Source: an uncultured Candidatus Saccharibacteria bacterium
GTDB lineage: Bacteria; Patescibacteriota; Doudnabacteria; UBA920
DNA: 64,000 nt
Assembly: GCA_964416765.1 (NCBI GenBank)
Contig: CAYQEU010000001.1
Coordinates: forward strand, 1,675 to 65,674
Direction of reading: 5' to 3'
Shown in pieces: positions 42,644 through 52,224 of this stretch; the stretch's first letter is position 1; each line of letters begins with the position of its first letter. The notes beneath the pieces were generated by a model. That model ran no database searches and had not been told where the DNA came from. It saw only the letters and a program-made list of their open reading frames with translations. Both the position numbers and the translations under genes were made by a program.

Positions 42644-43447
42644 ATGAAAATTTCTAAACTCAGCGGCATAAAATTTAAGAAATTAGTGGTATTCGATTTA
42701 GATGGAACCCTGGCTCGTTCAAAAAGCGTAATGGATAAGGAGATGGTAAACTTGATAATCCAGCTACTGGAGCAAAAGCAGGTTGCGGTTATCGGCGGGG
42801 GGAAGCATGCCCTTTTCAAACAACAGCTCCTCGCCCCGTTAAAAGGAGTTCCCGGAAAGCTTTTGAAGAACCTATATCTCTTTCCCACAACAGCCACCGC
42901 GTTTTACCGCTACCAAAGCGGCTGGAAAAATGTTTATCTGCATCAGCTTTCCAAGGAAGAACGCGCCCTCATCAAAAAGACTTTCCAGCGAGTGTTTGAT
43001 GAAATTGGCTATAAGCACCCAAAGAAAACTTACGGCCCAGTTATTGAAGACCGCGGCACTCAGGTAACCTTCTCGGCGCTTGGCCAGGAAGTTGTGGCCA
43101 TGCTGGGCAAAAAGGGATTGAAGATGAAAGACGAGTGGCGCGACAAGTATACGCCAGTAAAGCTGCAAATCGCCAAGCTAATGTCCAAGTATCTGCCCAA
43201 CATGCACGTAAAGGCCGCGGGGCATACTTCGGTCGATGTCACCCAAAAGGGGATCGACAAAGCTTATGGCCTCAAACAAATTGAGAAATACCTGCACGTA
43301 AAGATTAAGGACATGTTGTTTGTGGGCGACGCGATTTTCCCCGGAGGTAATGATTACGCGGTGACCAAAACCAAGGTTGACTACTTCCCGGTAAAAGACC
43401 CGGAAGATACTAAAAAAGTCATTAAACAAGTTCTAAGCACTAAGTAA
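42644..43447 (+). CDS. Eukaryotic-type phosphomannomutase (HAD-IIB PMM family).
   Basis: LVVFDLDGTLARSKSVMDKEMVNLIIQLLEQKQVAVIGGGKHALFKQQL and VGDAIFPGGNDYAV match PMM motifs (DVDGTL, GGSD-like, GD...GGND). Extended -10 TGgTAAAAT lies upstream. Confidence 0.75.
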   Translation: MKISKLSGIKFKKLVVFDLDGTLARSKSVMDKEMVNLIIQLLEQKQVAVIGGGKHALFKQQLLAPLKGVPGKLLKNLYLFPTTATAFYRYQSGWKNVYLHQLSKEERALIKKTFQRVFDEIGYKHPKKTYGPVIEDRGTQVTFSALGQEVVAMLGKKGLKMKDEWRDKYTPVKLQIAKLMSKYLPNMHVKAAGHTSVDVTQKGIDKAYGLKQIEKYLHVKIKDMLFVGDAIFPGGNDYAVTKTKVDYFPVKDPEDTKKVIKQVLSTK

Positions 43448-43453
43448 GATTTT

Positions 43454-43897
43454 ATGAAAATAATACATGAGTTTCGCGAATTCGCGATAAAAGGGAACGT
43501 GGTGGATTTGGCCATTGGTTTGATTATTGGCGCCGCGTTCAATAAAATAGTGACATCCCTGGTCAATGACATAATCATGCCGCCCATTGGCGTATTGCTC
43601 GGCAAAGTCGACTTTTCTAATTTATTTGTCTCGGTGTCCCGCCAGCACTTCGCAACCTTGGCTGAGGCCAAAGCCGCTAATGTCGCTACCATAAACTATG
43701 GCACATTCATCAATACAATAATTGAGTTCCTGATAGTCGGTTTTACGGTGTTTATGATTATTCGTACCATGAACCGCCTGCGCCATGAACCGGAAAAGCC
43801 GCCTACACATAAAAAATGCCCGTACTGTAAGTCGGACATTGATATCGAAGCCACTAAGTGCGCGTTTTGTACCGCGGACGTACCAGCAACTGCTTAG
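43454..43897 (+). CDS. mscL: Large-conductance mechanosensitive channel MscL with a C-terminal CxxC-N11-CxxC zinc-ribbon extension.
   Basis: [32 protein letters not shown] is the MscL TM1 signature. C-terminus [21 protein letters not shown]. Confidence 0.85.
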   Translation: MKIIHEFREFAIKGNVVDLAIGLIIGAAFNKIVTSLVNDIIMPPIGVLLGKVDFSNLFVSVSRQHFATLAEAKAANVATINYGTFINTIIEFLIVGFTVFMIIRTMNRLRHEPEKPPTHKKCPYCKSDIDIEATKCAFCTADVPATA

Positions 43898-43906
43898 GTT
43901 AATCCG

Positions 43907-44881
43907 TTAGATTAAGCCTATCTTTTCTTTTACTTCAGCCAGGGTCTGGCTCGCCACGACTTTGGCTTTTTTTGCGCCTTCAGCCAAAATTTCTTCGAGC
44001 TGTTTCGGTTTCGCCAAAATCTGCTTCTTCTTGTCGCGGAAATCTTTGAATTCTTCGTTAATGCTAGCGGCCAAAGACATTTTCAGATCGCTATAGCGAA
44101 TGGAACCATCTTTAATGGCTTTTTCAAATTGCTTCACTTCTGTTTCCGGCGCGAAGAAAGACATCATTTGCATGAGGTTATCGACGCCAGGGGAGGACTC
44201 GCCTTCGCTGGCAGTAACGGCCTTTTTTAACTTGCGTTCAATTTCACTAGGTTCATCAGAAATCAGAAGGGCTTCATCTCCCGTCTTGCTCATTTTCTTG
44301 TCAGGGTGAGTTAAGCTTTTAATGCGCAACGGTTTTCTTTCGTATGGTTTCGGTTCCGGGAAAGTCTCGCCAAACCGATTGTTGAATTTTCGGGCAATCG
44401 TCCTTGTCAGCTCGACGTGCTGGACCTGGTCTTCACCCACGGGAACGCCGGTAGGCTTGTAAAGAAGAATATCAGCGGCCATGAGGGCTGGGTAGGTAAG
44501 CAAGCCAGCGTTTACGTTTTCGCGGTGCTGTTGTGACTTGTCCTTAAACTGGGTCATTCGCTCAAGCTCGCCCAGGGGGGTTATGCAGTTAAAAATCCAT
44601 GCCAATTCAGAGTGTTCAGAGACCTGGCTTTGTAGAAACAAAGTCGATTTGTTAGGGTCAATTCCGGCCGCGATGTATTCGGCCGCAACCTCCAAAGTAT
44701 TTTTGGTCAGCTCCTTTGGATCAAATGGGGTTGTTAAGGCGTGAAGGTCAACCAGGAAGTAGAAGCAATCATACTTGCCGGTATTCTGGAGTTCAACGAA
44801 TTGTTTGAGGGCACCGAGGTAATTTCCGATATGTAGTTTACTCGTCGGTCTTATTCCTGAGGTAATTGCTTCTTTTTTCAT
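43907..44881 (-). CDS. trpS: Tryptophan--tRNA ligase.
   Basis: HIGN (HIGH motif), GEDQVQHVELTRTIARKFN, KMSKT. Confidence 0.9.
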   Translation of the reverse strand: MKKEAITSGIRPTSKLHIGNYLGALKQFVELQNTGKYDCFYFLVDLHALTTPFDPKELTKNTLEVAAEYIAAGIDPNKSTLFLQSQVSEHSELAWIFNCITPLGELERMTQFKDKSQQHRENVNAGLLTYPALMAADILLYKPTGVPVGEDQVQHVELTRTIARKFNNRFGETFPEPKPYERKPLRIKSLTHPDKKMSKTGDEALLISDEPSEIERKLKKAVTASEGESSPGVDNLMQMMSFFAPETEVKQFEKAIKDGSIRYSDLKMSLAASINEEFKDFRDKKKQILAKPKQLEEILAEGAKKAKVVASQTLAEVKEKIGLI

Positions 44882-44939
44882 GGATTAAGTATAGCAAAAC
44901 AAAACCCGCCCAAAAAGGGCGGGTTTATGGATAGAAAGG

Positions 44940-46958
44940 TTAAACTTCTATAACGACCGGGAGAATCATGGGGCGGCGTTCTGTCTTTTGGAACAGGTAT
45001 TCGCCGACTTCATCGCGGACTGCCTGGCGCAGGTAGGCGAAGTTCGGTTCGCCGCTGGCTTTGCCATTGGCGCCTTCCGCGAGCTTGCGCACTTCGTGCT
45101 TCACTTCTCGGATCAAGTCATCATTGTTTTTCATGAAGATAAAACCACGGGACAAAATATCGGGCTGGCCGATTAGTTTGCCGTTGTGACGGTCGAGCGT
45201 GATAATAATCACGAACATACCATCCTGGGCCATGAGCTGGCGGTCGCGAATAACGACTTCGCCAACATCGCCCACGCCGAGTCCGTCTACGAACACGTAG
45301 CCACCTGGCATTTTAGTGCCGAGCTTGGCTTCGCCGCGGTTATTGATTTCCAGCGGCTGGTTGTTTTCCATGACGAAGATATCTTCGGGCCGCATGCCAA
45401 CGCTTTGGGCCAGTTTGCTGTGGCCCACAAGCATGTGGTGCTCGCCGTGGATCGGCATTAAATACTTCGGCTTAACCATGTTAAGCAAAAGTTTCAATTC
45501 TTCCTGGCGGGCGTGACCGGAAGTGTGAATATCATAGATTTTGTCGTAGATAACGTCAGCGCCCATGCGGGTAAGGTTATCAAGCACTGCAACAATGGAG
45601 CGTTCGTTACCAGGAATCTGGGAAGCGGATACTACCACGGTGTCACCTTTTTTGATTTTGACGATCTTGTGTTCGCCTCGGCTCATGCGGGCCAAAGCGG
45701 AGAATTCTTCGCCTTGCGCGCCTGTGGTCAGAATTACAACTTGGTTGTCCGGGTATTTCTTGGCTTGCTCTGATTTTACAATTAGTTTGGGAGCAATTTT
45801 CAAGTATCCCATAGACAACGCGATTTCCACATTCTGCACCATGGAGCGGCCGGTAACAATGACTTTGCGGTTGTATTTGGCCGCGATTTCAAAGACCTGC
45901 TGCATACGGGGGATCAGGGAGGAGAAGCTGGAGAAGACAATGCGTCCGTGGGCATCCTGGAATATACGGTCAATTTGGGTTCCAATAATGCGCTCAGAAG
46001 GACAGTAGCCCGGGTGGATAGCGCTGGTGGACTCACCACAAAGCAGTAAGACACCTTCGCTAGCGTAACGGGCCAGTTTGGTGAATTCCATGGTTGGCTC
46101 GTTAACCGGGGTATGGTCAATTTTCCAGTCCCCGGTGTGGATGATCTGGCCGACAGGGGTCAGGATAGACAAACCGACGGAGTCCGGGATGTTGTGGTTA
46201 ACGCGGAAGAAGCGAACCTTGAAGTTTCCCAGAGGGATAACGTCGTCAGGCCCAACTGAATTAACCGGTACGCGGTTCTGTAAGTTGAACTCTTCCAACC
46301 GCTTCTTGATGAACCCGGCTGTCAAAGGCAGGGTGTAGAGCGGTGGGTTGCCGAGTTTGGGCATGATGTAGGGGATAGCCCCGGTATGGTCCAAGTGACC
46401 GTGGGTGATAAACACGCCGCGGATCTTGGACTTGTTTTGCTCAAGCCATTGGGTGTCCGGGATAATGTAATCCACCCCAGGAGTGGTTTCATCAGGGAAG
46501 GCAAAGCCCATGTCCACGATGATCATGTCGTTGCCGTATTCGAATACGGTCATGTTGGCACCAACTTCTTCCACGCCAGCTAGCGGGATAACCCGCAGGG
46601 TGTCGCGTGAAAGGGTATGGCTGCTTGCGAGCCCGGCAACGGTTTGTCCACCGCGGGTATCTGTGTCACCAAGCTGCGGAGCAACTTTTGCTGCTGCCCC
46701 GGTACGTCCATAAGATGGAGCACGGCGCATTCCCGATGAACGGGAGCTGCTGCTTCGTCCACCGCGGCTGCTGCCTGAACGGGAATGCCCACCTTTGGTA
46801 GGGGACGAATGCCCGGAGTTTCCAGCACTGCTGGAAACTCCGCCTTGGCGATTATTCTTTTGTTGAATCATTCGATTCCTTTTCAGAGTTGCGTTCGCGT
46901 GGCGCTCAAGGGTACTTGCAGTACTTCCGGAAGATCCCATAAGGGAAGAGCCGCACAC
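44940..46958 (-). CDS. rnj: Ribonuclease J (metallo-beta-lactamase/beta-CASP) with an N-terminal Ser/Arg/Gly-rich low-complexity extension of about 120 aa.
   Basis: VFITHGHLDHTGAIPYI and the beta-CASP region. Start is uncertain: GTG at 46958 with no RBS, while the core begins at about LRVIPLAGVEEVG. Confidence 0.85.
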   Translation of the reverse strand: MCGSSLMGSSGSTASTLERHANATLKRNRMIQQKNNRQGGVSSSAGNSGHSSPTKGGHSRSGSSRGGRSSSSRSSGMRRAPSYGRTGAAAKVAPQLGDTDTRGGQTVAGLASSHTLSRDTLRVIPLAGVEEVGANMTVFEYGNDMIIVDMGFAFPDETTPGVDYIIPDTQWLEQNKSKIRGVFITHGHLDHTGAIPYIMPKLGNPPLYTLPLTAGFIKKRLEEFNLQNRVPVNSVGPDDVIPLGNFKVRFFRVNHNIPDSVGLSILTPVGQIIHTGDWKIDHTPVNEPTMEFTKLARYASEGVLLLCGESTSAIHPGYCPSERIIGTQIDRIFQDAHGRIVFSSFSSLIPRMQQVFEIAAKYNRKVIVTGRSMVQNVEIALSMGYLKIAPKLIVKSEQAKKYPDNQVVILTTGAQGEEFSALARMSRGEHKIVKIKKGDTVVVSASQIPGNERSIVAVLDNLTRMGADVIYDKIYDIHTSGHARQEELKLLLNMVKPKYLMPIHGEHHMLVGHSKLAQSVGMRPEDIFVMENNQPLEINNRGEAKLGTKMPGGYVFVDGLGVGDVGEVVIRDRQLMAQDGMFVIIITLDRHNGKLIGQPDILSRGFIFMKNNDDLIREVKHEVRKLAEGANGKASGEPNFAYLRQAVRDEVGEYLFQKTERRPMILPVVIEV

Positions 46959-47249
46959 AAAAAAGCAGTCTGTATTAGTTTTATATCTAATTGTTTTGCA
47001 GGCTCAAGTGGCTTCCGGGGCCGCCTTGGCTCGTGCAATTAACAAATAAAAGGTAATTTAGCTAAACTAGTCTTTTATTCACTAACTGCCGCTTATTTAA
47101 GCTTTATACGTTAATTATATCACACCGGGATGGGGTTGTCAAACACTTTTTGATTGATTTAACCTATTTTTGATCACATATTAGTCTTGTTTATGCCGAA
47201 TTTGAAGAAGGTCTGGTATAATATTTATAGACAATTAAACATAAAAAAC

Positions 47250-47540
47250 ATGGGTAATAAAAAGCTTGTCATGGGCTTGATAGCAGTTATTGTAGCCTTT
47301 GCTGCATTTGTTGCTGGCCAAGCCTACGGCATTCGCGGGGGAACTCTCCCTTTTGAGAATTCCGGATCGCAGTCCAAAGCTAGCGGTGTACCGACGATGA
47401 AAAGGACATTGACGGAATCGGAACTTTTGCAGGTTTGTGGAGTGCCGGGTAAACCACCTTGCCATGGCCAAACTCATTGTGCCTGGTTCTATAACGTTCA
47501 GTATGGCGAATGGTATCAAGTGTGTAATATTCCAGACTAA
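47250..47540 (+). CDS. Small secreted Cys-rich protein (96 aa).
   Basis: MGNKKLVMGLIAVIVAFAAFVAGQAYG signal peptide. There are 4 Cys in the C-terminal 40 aa. Extended -10 TGgTATAAT at about 47213-47222. Confidence 0.55.
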   Translation: MGNKKLVMGLIAVIVAFAAFVAGQAYGIRGGTLPFENSGSQSKASGVPTMKRTLTESELLQVCGVPGKPPCHGQTHCAWFYNVQYGEWYQVCNIPD

Positions 47541-47546
47541 TTAGTT

Positions 47547-47577
47547 AAAAAACACCCGACCTCGGGTGTTTTTTATT
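47547..47577. terminator. Bidirectional intrinsic terminator AAAAAACACCCG-ACCT-CGGGTGTTTTTT.
   Basis: Stem CACCCG/CGGGTG with an A-run and a T-run, lying between the plus-strand gene and the minus-strand tRNA-Leu. Confidence 0.8.
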
Positions 47578-47665
47578 TGGTGGGCATGGAGGGAGTTGAA
47601 CCCTCATGAGATTGCTCTCACACGCACCTGAAGCGTGCGCGTATGCCAGTTCCGCCACATGCCCA
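47578..47665 (-). tRNA. tRNA-Leu (anticodon CAG), class II with a long variable arm, CCA encoded.
   Basis: Acceptor GGGCATG/CATGCCC, D-arm TGGCGGAACTGGCATACGC, anticodon stem CACGC/GCGTG with loop TTCAGGT, variable arm TGAGA-GCAA-TCTCA, T-arm GAGGG-TTCAACT-CCCTC. Confidence 0.85.
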
Positions 47666-47700
47666 TAATCAGGTTGCTCTAGTATAGCCGAAGCACAGCT

Positions 47701-49461
47701 CTATTTCAATACTCGGCGCTCGTCCCGGTACCAGTTTTGCAGATCATAGAACCGGTAGGATGGGTCAAACAAAGTTTTTACGCTCATGCCCTTCATGGAT
47801 TTATCGACGGTATAGATATACACGCTTTGGTCCAGGAAAATAGCGGGGGACTCGGAAATAATCAAGCTCTGAAATTGCTTGTATTTGTCCGCGCGGGCAT
47901 TTTGGTCAGTAGTGGAGCGTGCGTCGTTAATGAGCTTATCCGCCGTAGCGTTGTTAAAGCCAGTTAGGTTAAGCCCAGGATTTTTGGTTTGGCTGGAATG
48001 CCAGAACACGAAAGGGTCGGGGTCGGCGCCAATATTCTGGGCGAACACCAGGGCGTCGAACTTGCGGGGCCGGATTTGGCTTTCAGTTAGGTCTTTTGTA
48101 GGTACTGTGGTTAGGTGAACGTTCACGTTCAAGGCTTCCCACTGGGTTTTTAAGACTTCAGCCGCCTTTACATTTAGTGCAAAATCATTAGTGGCTATAG
48201 TGAATTCCAGAGGGATTTTGTTTTTCGAGCGGATGCCGGTGCTTTGGTCCACTTTCCATCCTGAATCATCCAATAGCTTCTTGGCTTCATCTGGCTTATA
48301 GTAGCTGGCATTGTCCACGTCCGCGACTTGCTCAGGCAGGATTGGTCCTGCAATGGCACGTGCGTCACCGTTGTAAACCTGCTTAATCAACTCATCTTTA
48401 TTGGTTCCGTAAAGCAGGGCTACCCGCACATTTCGGTCGCTCAAAACGCGGTTACTGAGGTTAAAGAAAACGGCCTGGTATTGCGGCAAAGGCAAGTCAA
48501 CCGTGGTTAGGGCCTTGTTGTTTTTGTCGAGGTAAAAACTTTGGTCGAACGGTACATAGCCAAATCCCTGGATTTGTTTGCCGTGCAAGGCCTGGAGCAC
48601 GTCATCATAGTTGGTGTAGAACATCAGGCGCACGGTATCAACGTAAGCCTGATGGGTATAGTAATTTGAGTATGATTCCAGCTTGATGCTTTGCACCGAA
48701 CCGTCCGGCAGTTTGTTGATTTCGCGGATGGTATAAGGGCCGCTTCCTACCGCCTTGAGGTTATCAGGGCTGGTGGCAAACTGGGAGGCGCTAACGTTTT
48801 CCCAAATTGCTTTGGAAATCAGCGGCAAAGTCAGGTTATGGATAAAAGGAGCGGAAACGTCTTTGGTGGTGAAGGTGACGGTAAAATCATCCTGTTTTTG
48901 GGCTACCGTGCTTTGGAGCTGGTTCCTCAGGGGGCTATTGAAAGTGGTATCCTGGAGGGTTTTGAAAGTAAAGACTACATCGTCGGCCGTGACTGGTTTG
49001 TCATTCTGCCATTTGGCGTTTTTGCGCAGGTGGATGGTGTAGATTTTTTGGGTTTCATCTATTTCCGGCATGCTTTCTGCCAGGTCAGGAACCACCTGCC
49101 CGTTGGCGTCATATTTATAGAGTCCGGAAAACACCAAACGAACCAATGCTTTGTCGGTATCACTGGTGGCGAGGAGGGGGTTGATGTAGCGCGGCTGTCC
49201 AATAATACCTTCGCGGTATTCGCCGCCCACGGTAGGAACGGGTTTGGTCAGGTTTAAGTAAACATTGTCCCCGGACCAGACCAAGCTGGTTGCCGCAATG
49301 GCCAGAAGGCTGACGAAGGCAATTTTTTCATTTTGCCCCATTAAAGAAAAAACTTTCCGAAAAGTGGAAAGGCGAAAGGCGGGAACAGCTTTGATTCCGG
49401 CCGTCAGTTCTCGCCTAAGCGAATTTAGCGAAGCCAGAAAAGTTTTTAGATTTGCGGGCAC
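47701..49461 (-). CDS. ABC transporter substrate-binding protein, family 5 (oligopeptide/dipeptide OppA/DppA-like), with an N-terminal TM anchor.
   Basis: Length and overall SBP_bac_5-like sequence pattern; an N-terminal hydrophobic anchor rather than a lipobox. Confidence 0.75.
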   Translation of the reverse strand: MPANLKTFLASLNSLRRELTAGIKAVPAFRLSTFRKVFSLMGQNEKIAFVSLLAIAATSLVWSGDNVYLNLTKPVPTVGGEYREGIIGQPRYINPLLATSDTDKALVRLVFSGLYKYDANGQVVPDLAESMPEIDETQKIYTIHLRKNAKWQNDKPVTADDVVFTFKTLQDTTFNSPLRNQLQSTVAQKQDDFTVTFTTKDVSAPFIHNLTLPLISKAIWENVSASQFATSPDNLKAVGSGPYTIREINKLPDGSVQSIKLESYSNYYTHQAYVDTVRLMFYTNYDDVLQALHGKQIQGFGYVPFDQSFYLDKNNKALTTVDLPLPQYQAVFFNLSNRVLSDRNVRVALLYGTNKDELIKQVYNGDARAIAGPILPEQVADVDNASYYKPDEAKKLLDDSGWKVDQSTGIRSKNKIPLEFTIATNDFALNVKAAEVLKTQWEALNVNVHLTTVPTKDLTESQIRPRKFDALVFAQNIGADPDPFVFWHSSQTKNPGLNLTGFNNATADKLINDARSTTDQNARADKYKQFQSLIISESPAIFLDQSVYIYTVDKSMKGMSVKTLFDPSYRFYDLQNWYRDERRVLK

Positions 49462-49466
49462 AAAGG

Positions 49467-49697
49467 TTATTTACTGAGGATGAGCGAAGTTACGCTTAGG
49501 CCTACAAATAAAACGCCCAAAACGATGGTGGCGTAAAATAGCCACTTGTCGACTCCGCGGCGGGTCTGGATAACGTTACCGGCACCGCCGAAAACATTGG
49601 ATAATCCGCTGGATTTGTTCTGCATGGCAATAACGATGATCAAAACCACCATTACCACCATATTTGCTACTGTTACGATTTGGTTCCAATTTTTCAT
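49467..49697 (-). CDS. secG: Preprotein translocase subunit SecG.
   Basis: Two TM helices flanking a Gly-rich loop SSGLSNVFGGAGNVIQTRRG. Confidence 0.75.
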   Translation of the reverse strand: MKNWNQIVTVANMVVMVVLIIVIAMQNKSSGLSNVFGGAGNVIQTRRGVDKWLFYATIVLGVLFVGLSVTSLILSK

Positions 49698-49742
49698 ACT
49701 CGATAATTATACGGAAAGTCGGGGGTAGTGTCAATCAGGCGG

Positions 49743-51563
49743 CTAACCGGCCAGGTGCTTCACTATTAATTCGGCTTTGTGCGGTCCGGTAACGGCGGCA
49801 ATGTCTTCCACGTTTGCCCGGCGGATTTGCGCGACAGTACCGAATTTTTGCTTGAGGAGTTTTTTGGTTTTGGGGCCGATTCCCGGAATTGTATCCAGCG
49901 CGGACTTGGTAGCAGCCTTGCTCCTAAGGGACCGGTGGAAAGTTATGCCGAACCGGTGCGCTTCGTCGCGTAATCGCTGAAGGAGCTGCAGTACCGGGCT
50001 GGAATGGTCCAGAATAATTGGAGTGCTGTTGTGCGGCAGGAAAATTTCCTCAATTCGTTTGGCCAAACCAATCACCGGAATGTTTAAGCTCTTTTCCTCC
50101 AACACTTCCACGGCTACGCTCAGTTGGCCTTTGCCACCGTCTATTACCAACAGGTCGGGGAGTGGCCAGGCGTCTTTGGGGTTTTCTGGGTTCACCCGGG
50201 ACAACCGCCTGCTAAGCATTTCCCGCATCATGGTAAAGTCGTCCGGGGTTTGCTTGGAGGTAATTTTAAACTTGCGGTATTCGTTTTTGGCTGCCTGTCC
50301 GTCTTTTGCCACCACCATACTGCCAACCGGATTGGTACCTTGGATGTTGCTGATGTCGTAACCCTCAATGCGCTTCGGTAATGTGGGCAAATTTAAAATA
50401 TCCTTGAGTTGTTCCAGGGTTTCCCTAACAGCGTCCAGGTTGGTGGCCTGGGTACGTTTCCATTTTGCTAAATATTCTTCAGCGTTAACCATACCTAGGG
50501 TAATGAGCTTCAGTTTTTGCCCGCGGGTAGGCGTGCACAGTTTGATTTTCCTGCCCGAACGCTGGCGGGTAACCATGCCCACTAAGTTTCCCGTTGGCAA
50601 ATCAACCTGAGTGTAAATTTCTTTTGGCAGGGAACTGGCCGTGGAGTAGTAGTCCTCGGCGAATTGCTGGAGAATTAAACTGGCGCGTTCGTTTTCCGGT
50701 AGGTGCAAAATATTTTCATAGATAAAATTTTCCTTATCGATGAGTTTGCCCTCGCGCACCTTAAACAGGTTAACGCAGGCCGCGAGGCCGTCCACGTATA
50801 GGGAGACAAAGTCCCAGGAGACTTTTTGGGGGAACATGGTGACCTGTCGTTCATCCAGGACTTCGATGGCCTGGAGTTGGTCACGCAACCTTCCGGCCAA
50901 TTCAAATTTGCGCCCGCGGGCTGCTTGCTTCATGGAACTCTTCAGTTCTCGTTTGATGGTGGAGGTCTGGCCCGACAGGAACAAAATTATCCGTTCCAGT
51001 TGTTTCTTATATTCCTCCATGGTTATAGAGCCGATGCAAATACCAGGGCAGCGGTGCAAATAGTAGTAGAAGCATGGGCGCTTCCCGATTTCTTTGTTGG
51101 CGCAGTAGGGGAAGATGCGTCTGACAAAATCCAGGGTTTGGCGGATTTTTTTAGTCGAAGAATAAGGACCAAAATATTTTGAGGTTTTGTCGCCTTCTAT
51201 TTTACGCGCGTAACCAATGGATGGAATCTCGGTGGAGTAATCAATTTTTATGAAAGCATAGTTTTTGTCGTCCCGAAGCATGATGTTATATTCGGGCATG
51301 TACTGTTTGATGAGCGTGTTTTCCAAAAACAGCGCTTCGAGTTCGGAGCTGACCACGACAAAATCCAGATCAACCGCGTCAGCCATAAGGAAGGGGATTT
51401 GCTCCCGGTTGTCATGCCCAAAATATTGCATGACACGGTTCCGCAGATCCTTGGCTTTGCCAACGTAAATAACCTCGCCGTCTTTATTCAGGTACTTGTA
51501 GACGCCGGGTTGGTGGGGAATATCTTTGAGCTTGTTTTTCAAGGTCTTCATGAGCTCAGTCAT
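49743..51563 (-). CDS. uvrC: Excinuclease ABC subunit C.
   Basis: N-terminal GIY-YIG (PGVYKYLNKDGEVIYVGKAKDLRNRV), UvrBC-interaction and RNase H-like domains, and C-terminal (HhH)2 IPGIGPKTKKLL. Confidence 0.9.
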   Translation of the reverse strand: MTELMKTLKNKLKDIPHQPGVYKYLNKDGEVIYVGKAKDLRNRVMQYFGHDNREQIPFLMADAVDLDFVVVSSELEALFLENTLIKQYMPEYNIMLRDDKNYAFIKIDYSTEIPSIGYARKIEGDKTSKYFGPYSSTKKIRQTLDFVRRIFPYCANKEIGKRPCFYYYLHRCPGICIGSITMEEYKKQLERIILFLSGQTSTIKRELKSSMKQAARGRKFELAGRLRDQLQAIEVLDERQVTMFPQKVSWDFVSLYVDGLAACVNLFKVREGKLIDKENFIYENILHLPENERASLILQQFAEDYYSTASSLPKEIYTQVDLPTGNLVGMVTRQRSGRKIKLCTPTRGQKLKLITLGMVNAEEYLAKWKRTQATNLDAVRETLEQLKDILNLPTLPKRIEGYDISNIQGTNPVGSMVVAKDGQAAKNEYRKFKITSKQTPDDFTMMREMLSRRLSRVNPENPKDAWPLPDLLVIDGGKGQLSVAVEVLEEKSLNIPVIGLAKRIEEIFLPHNSTPIILDHSSPVLQLLQRLRDEAHRFGITFHRSLRSKAATKSALDTIPGIGPKTKKLLKQKFGTVAQIRRANVEDIAAVTGPHKAELIVKHLAG

Positions 51564-51939
51564 ATATCTATTATAAAGTGCGGGTAGGTTTTAGCCAATA
51601 AAAGAAATTGTTTGGATTTAACCAGTGGCTAAGGTAAAATTTTATATGTGAGGAAGTGATGAAAAGAACAAAAACTATAAGGCGGGTGCTTACGTCGTTT
51701 TCGTTTATTTGGCTGAGCGGGCATATTTTGTCCGCGTACGATCACCAACTGACTCAAATGGCTTTACGCATTATTGGGTGGCTTATGGGAACGCAATTGG
51801 TTCCCGTTGTTATCCTGGGGCTGGCTGTCTTCGGCTGGCCCTCTTGTTTTTTTGGTCTTAAAAATGTAACTTTATCTAGTGTTAAAAGGGGGACTTAAAG
51901 CAGTTCCAGGTTTTATCAAATGGGAGAATAAAAGGGAGA

Positions 51940-52224
51940 ATGTACAGCGTCCACAGCTACGCCATCGAATACATAATCAAACGCCCAGGCGGTTGTTATG
52001 GAAAGCTCGACCCACTGGTCGGGAAAACCGTCCGAACCAAGGACTTAGCGCCGTTACTCGGCTTGCCCAACTACACCAGTAGCGAAGCAGTGGAGCGACG
52101 CATGATCGAGGAAGGAATCAACTTCCGAATGGTCGAGAGAACTTTTTTCGGCAAACTCAGGCACGGCGGATTTTTTTTCAATCGAAGCAAGTCCGACAAG
52201 ACCCAAGAGGAATCTGCAACTTAA
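51940..52224 (+). CDS. Hypothetical small protein (94 aa), weak call.
   Basis: The ORF is followed immediately by hairpin GCCCGGCA-N14-TGCCGGGC. No recognisable motif. Confidence 0.3.
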   Translation: MYSVHSYAIEYIIKRPGGCYGKLDPLVGKTVRTKDLAPLLGLPNYTSSEAVERRMIEEGINFRMVERTFFGKLRHGGFFFNRSKSDKTQEESAT

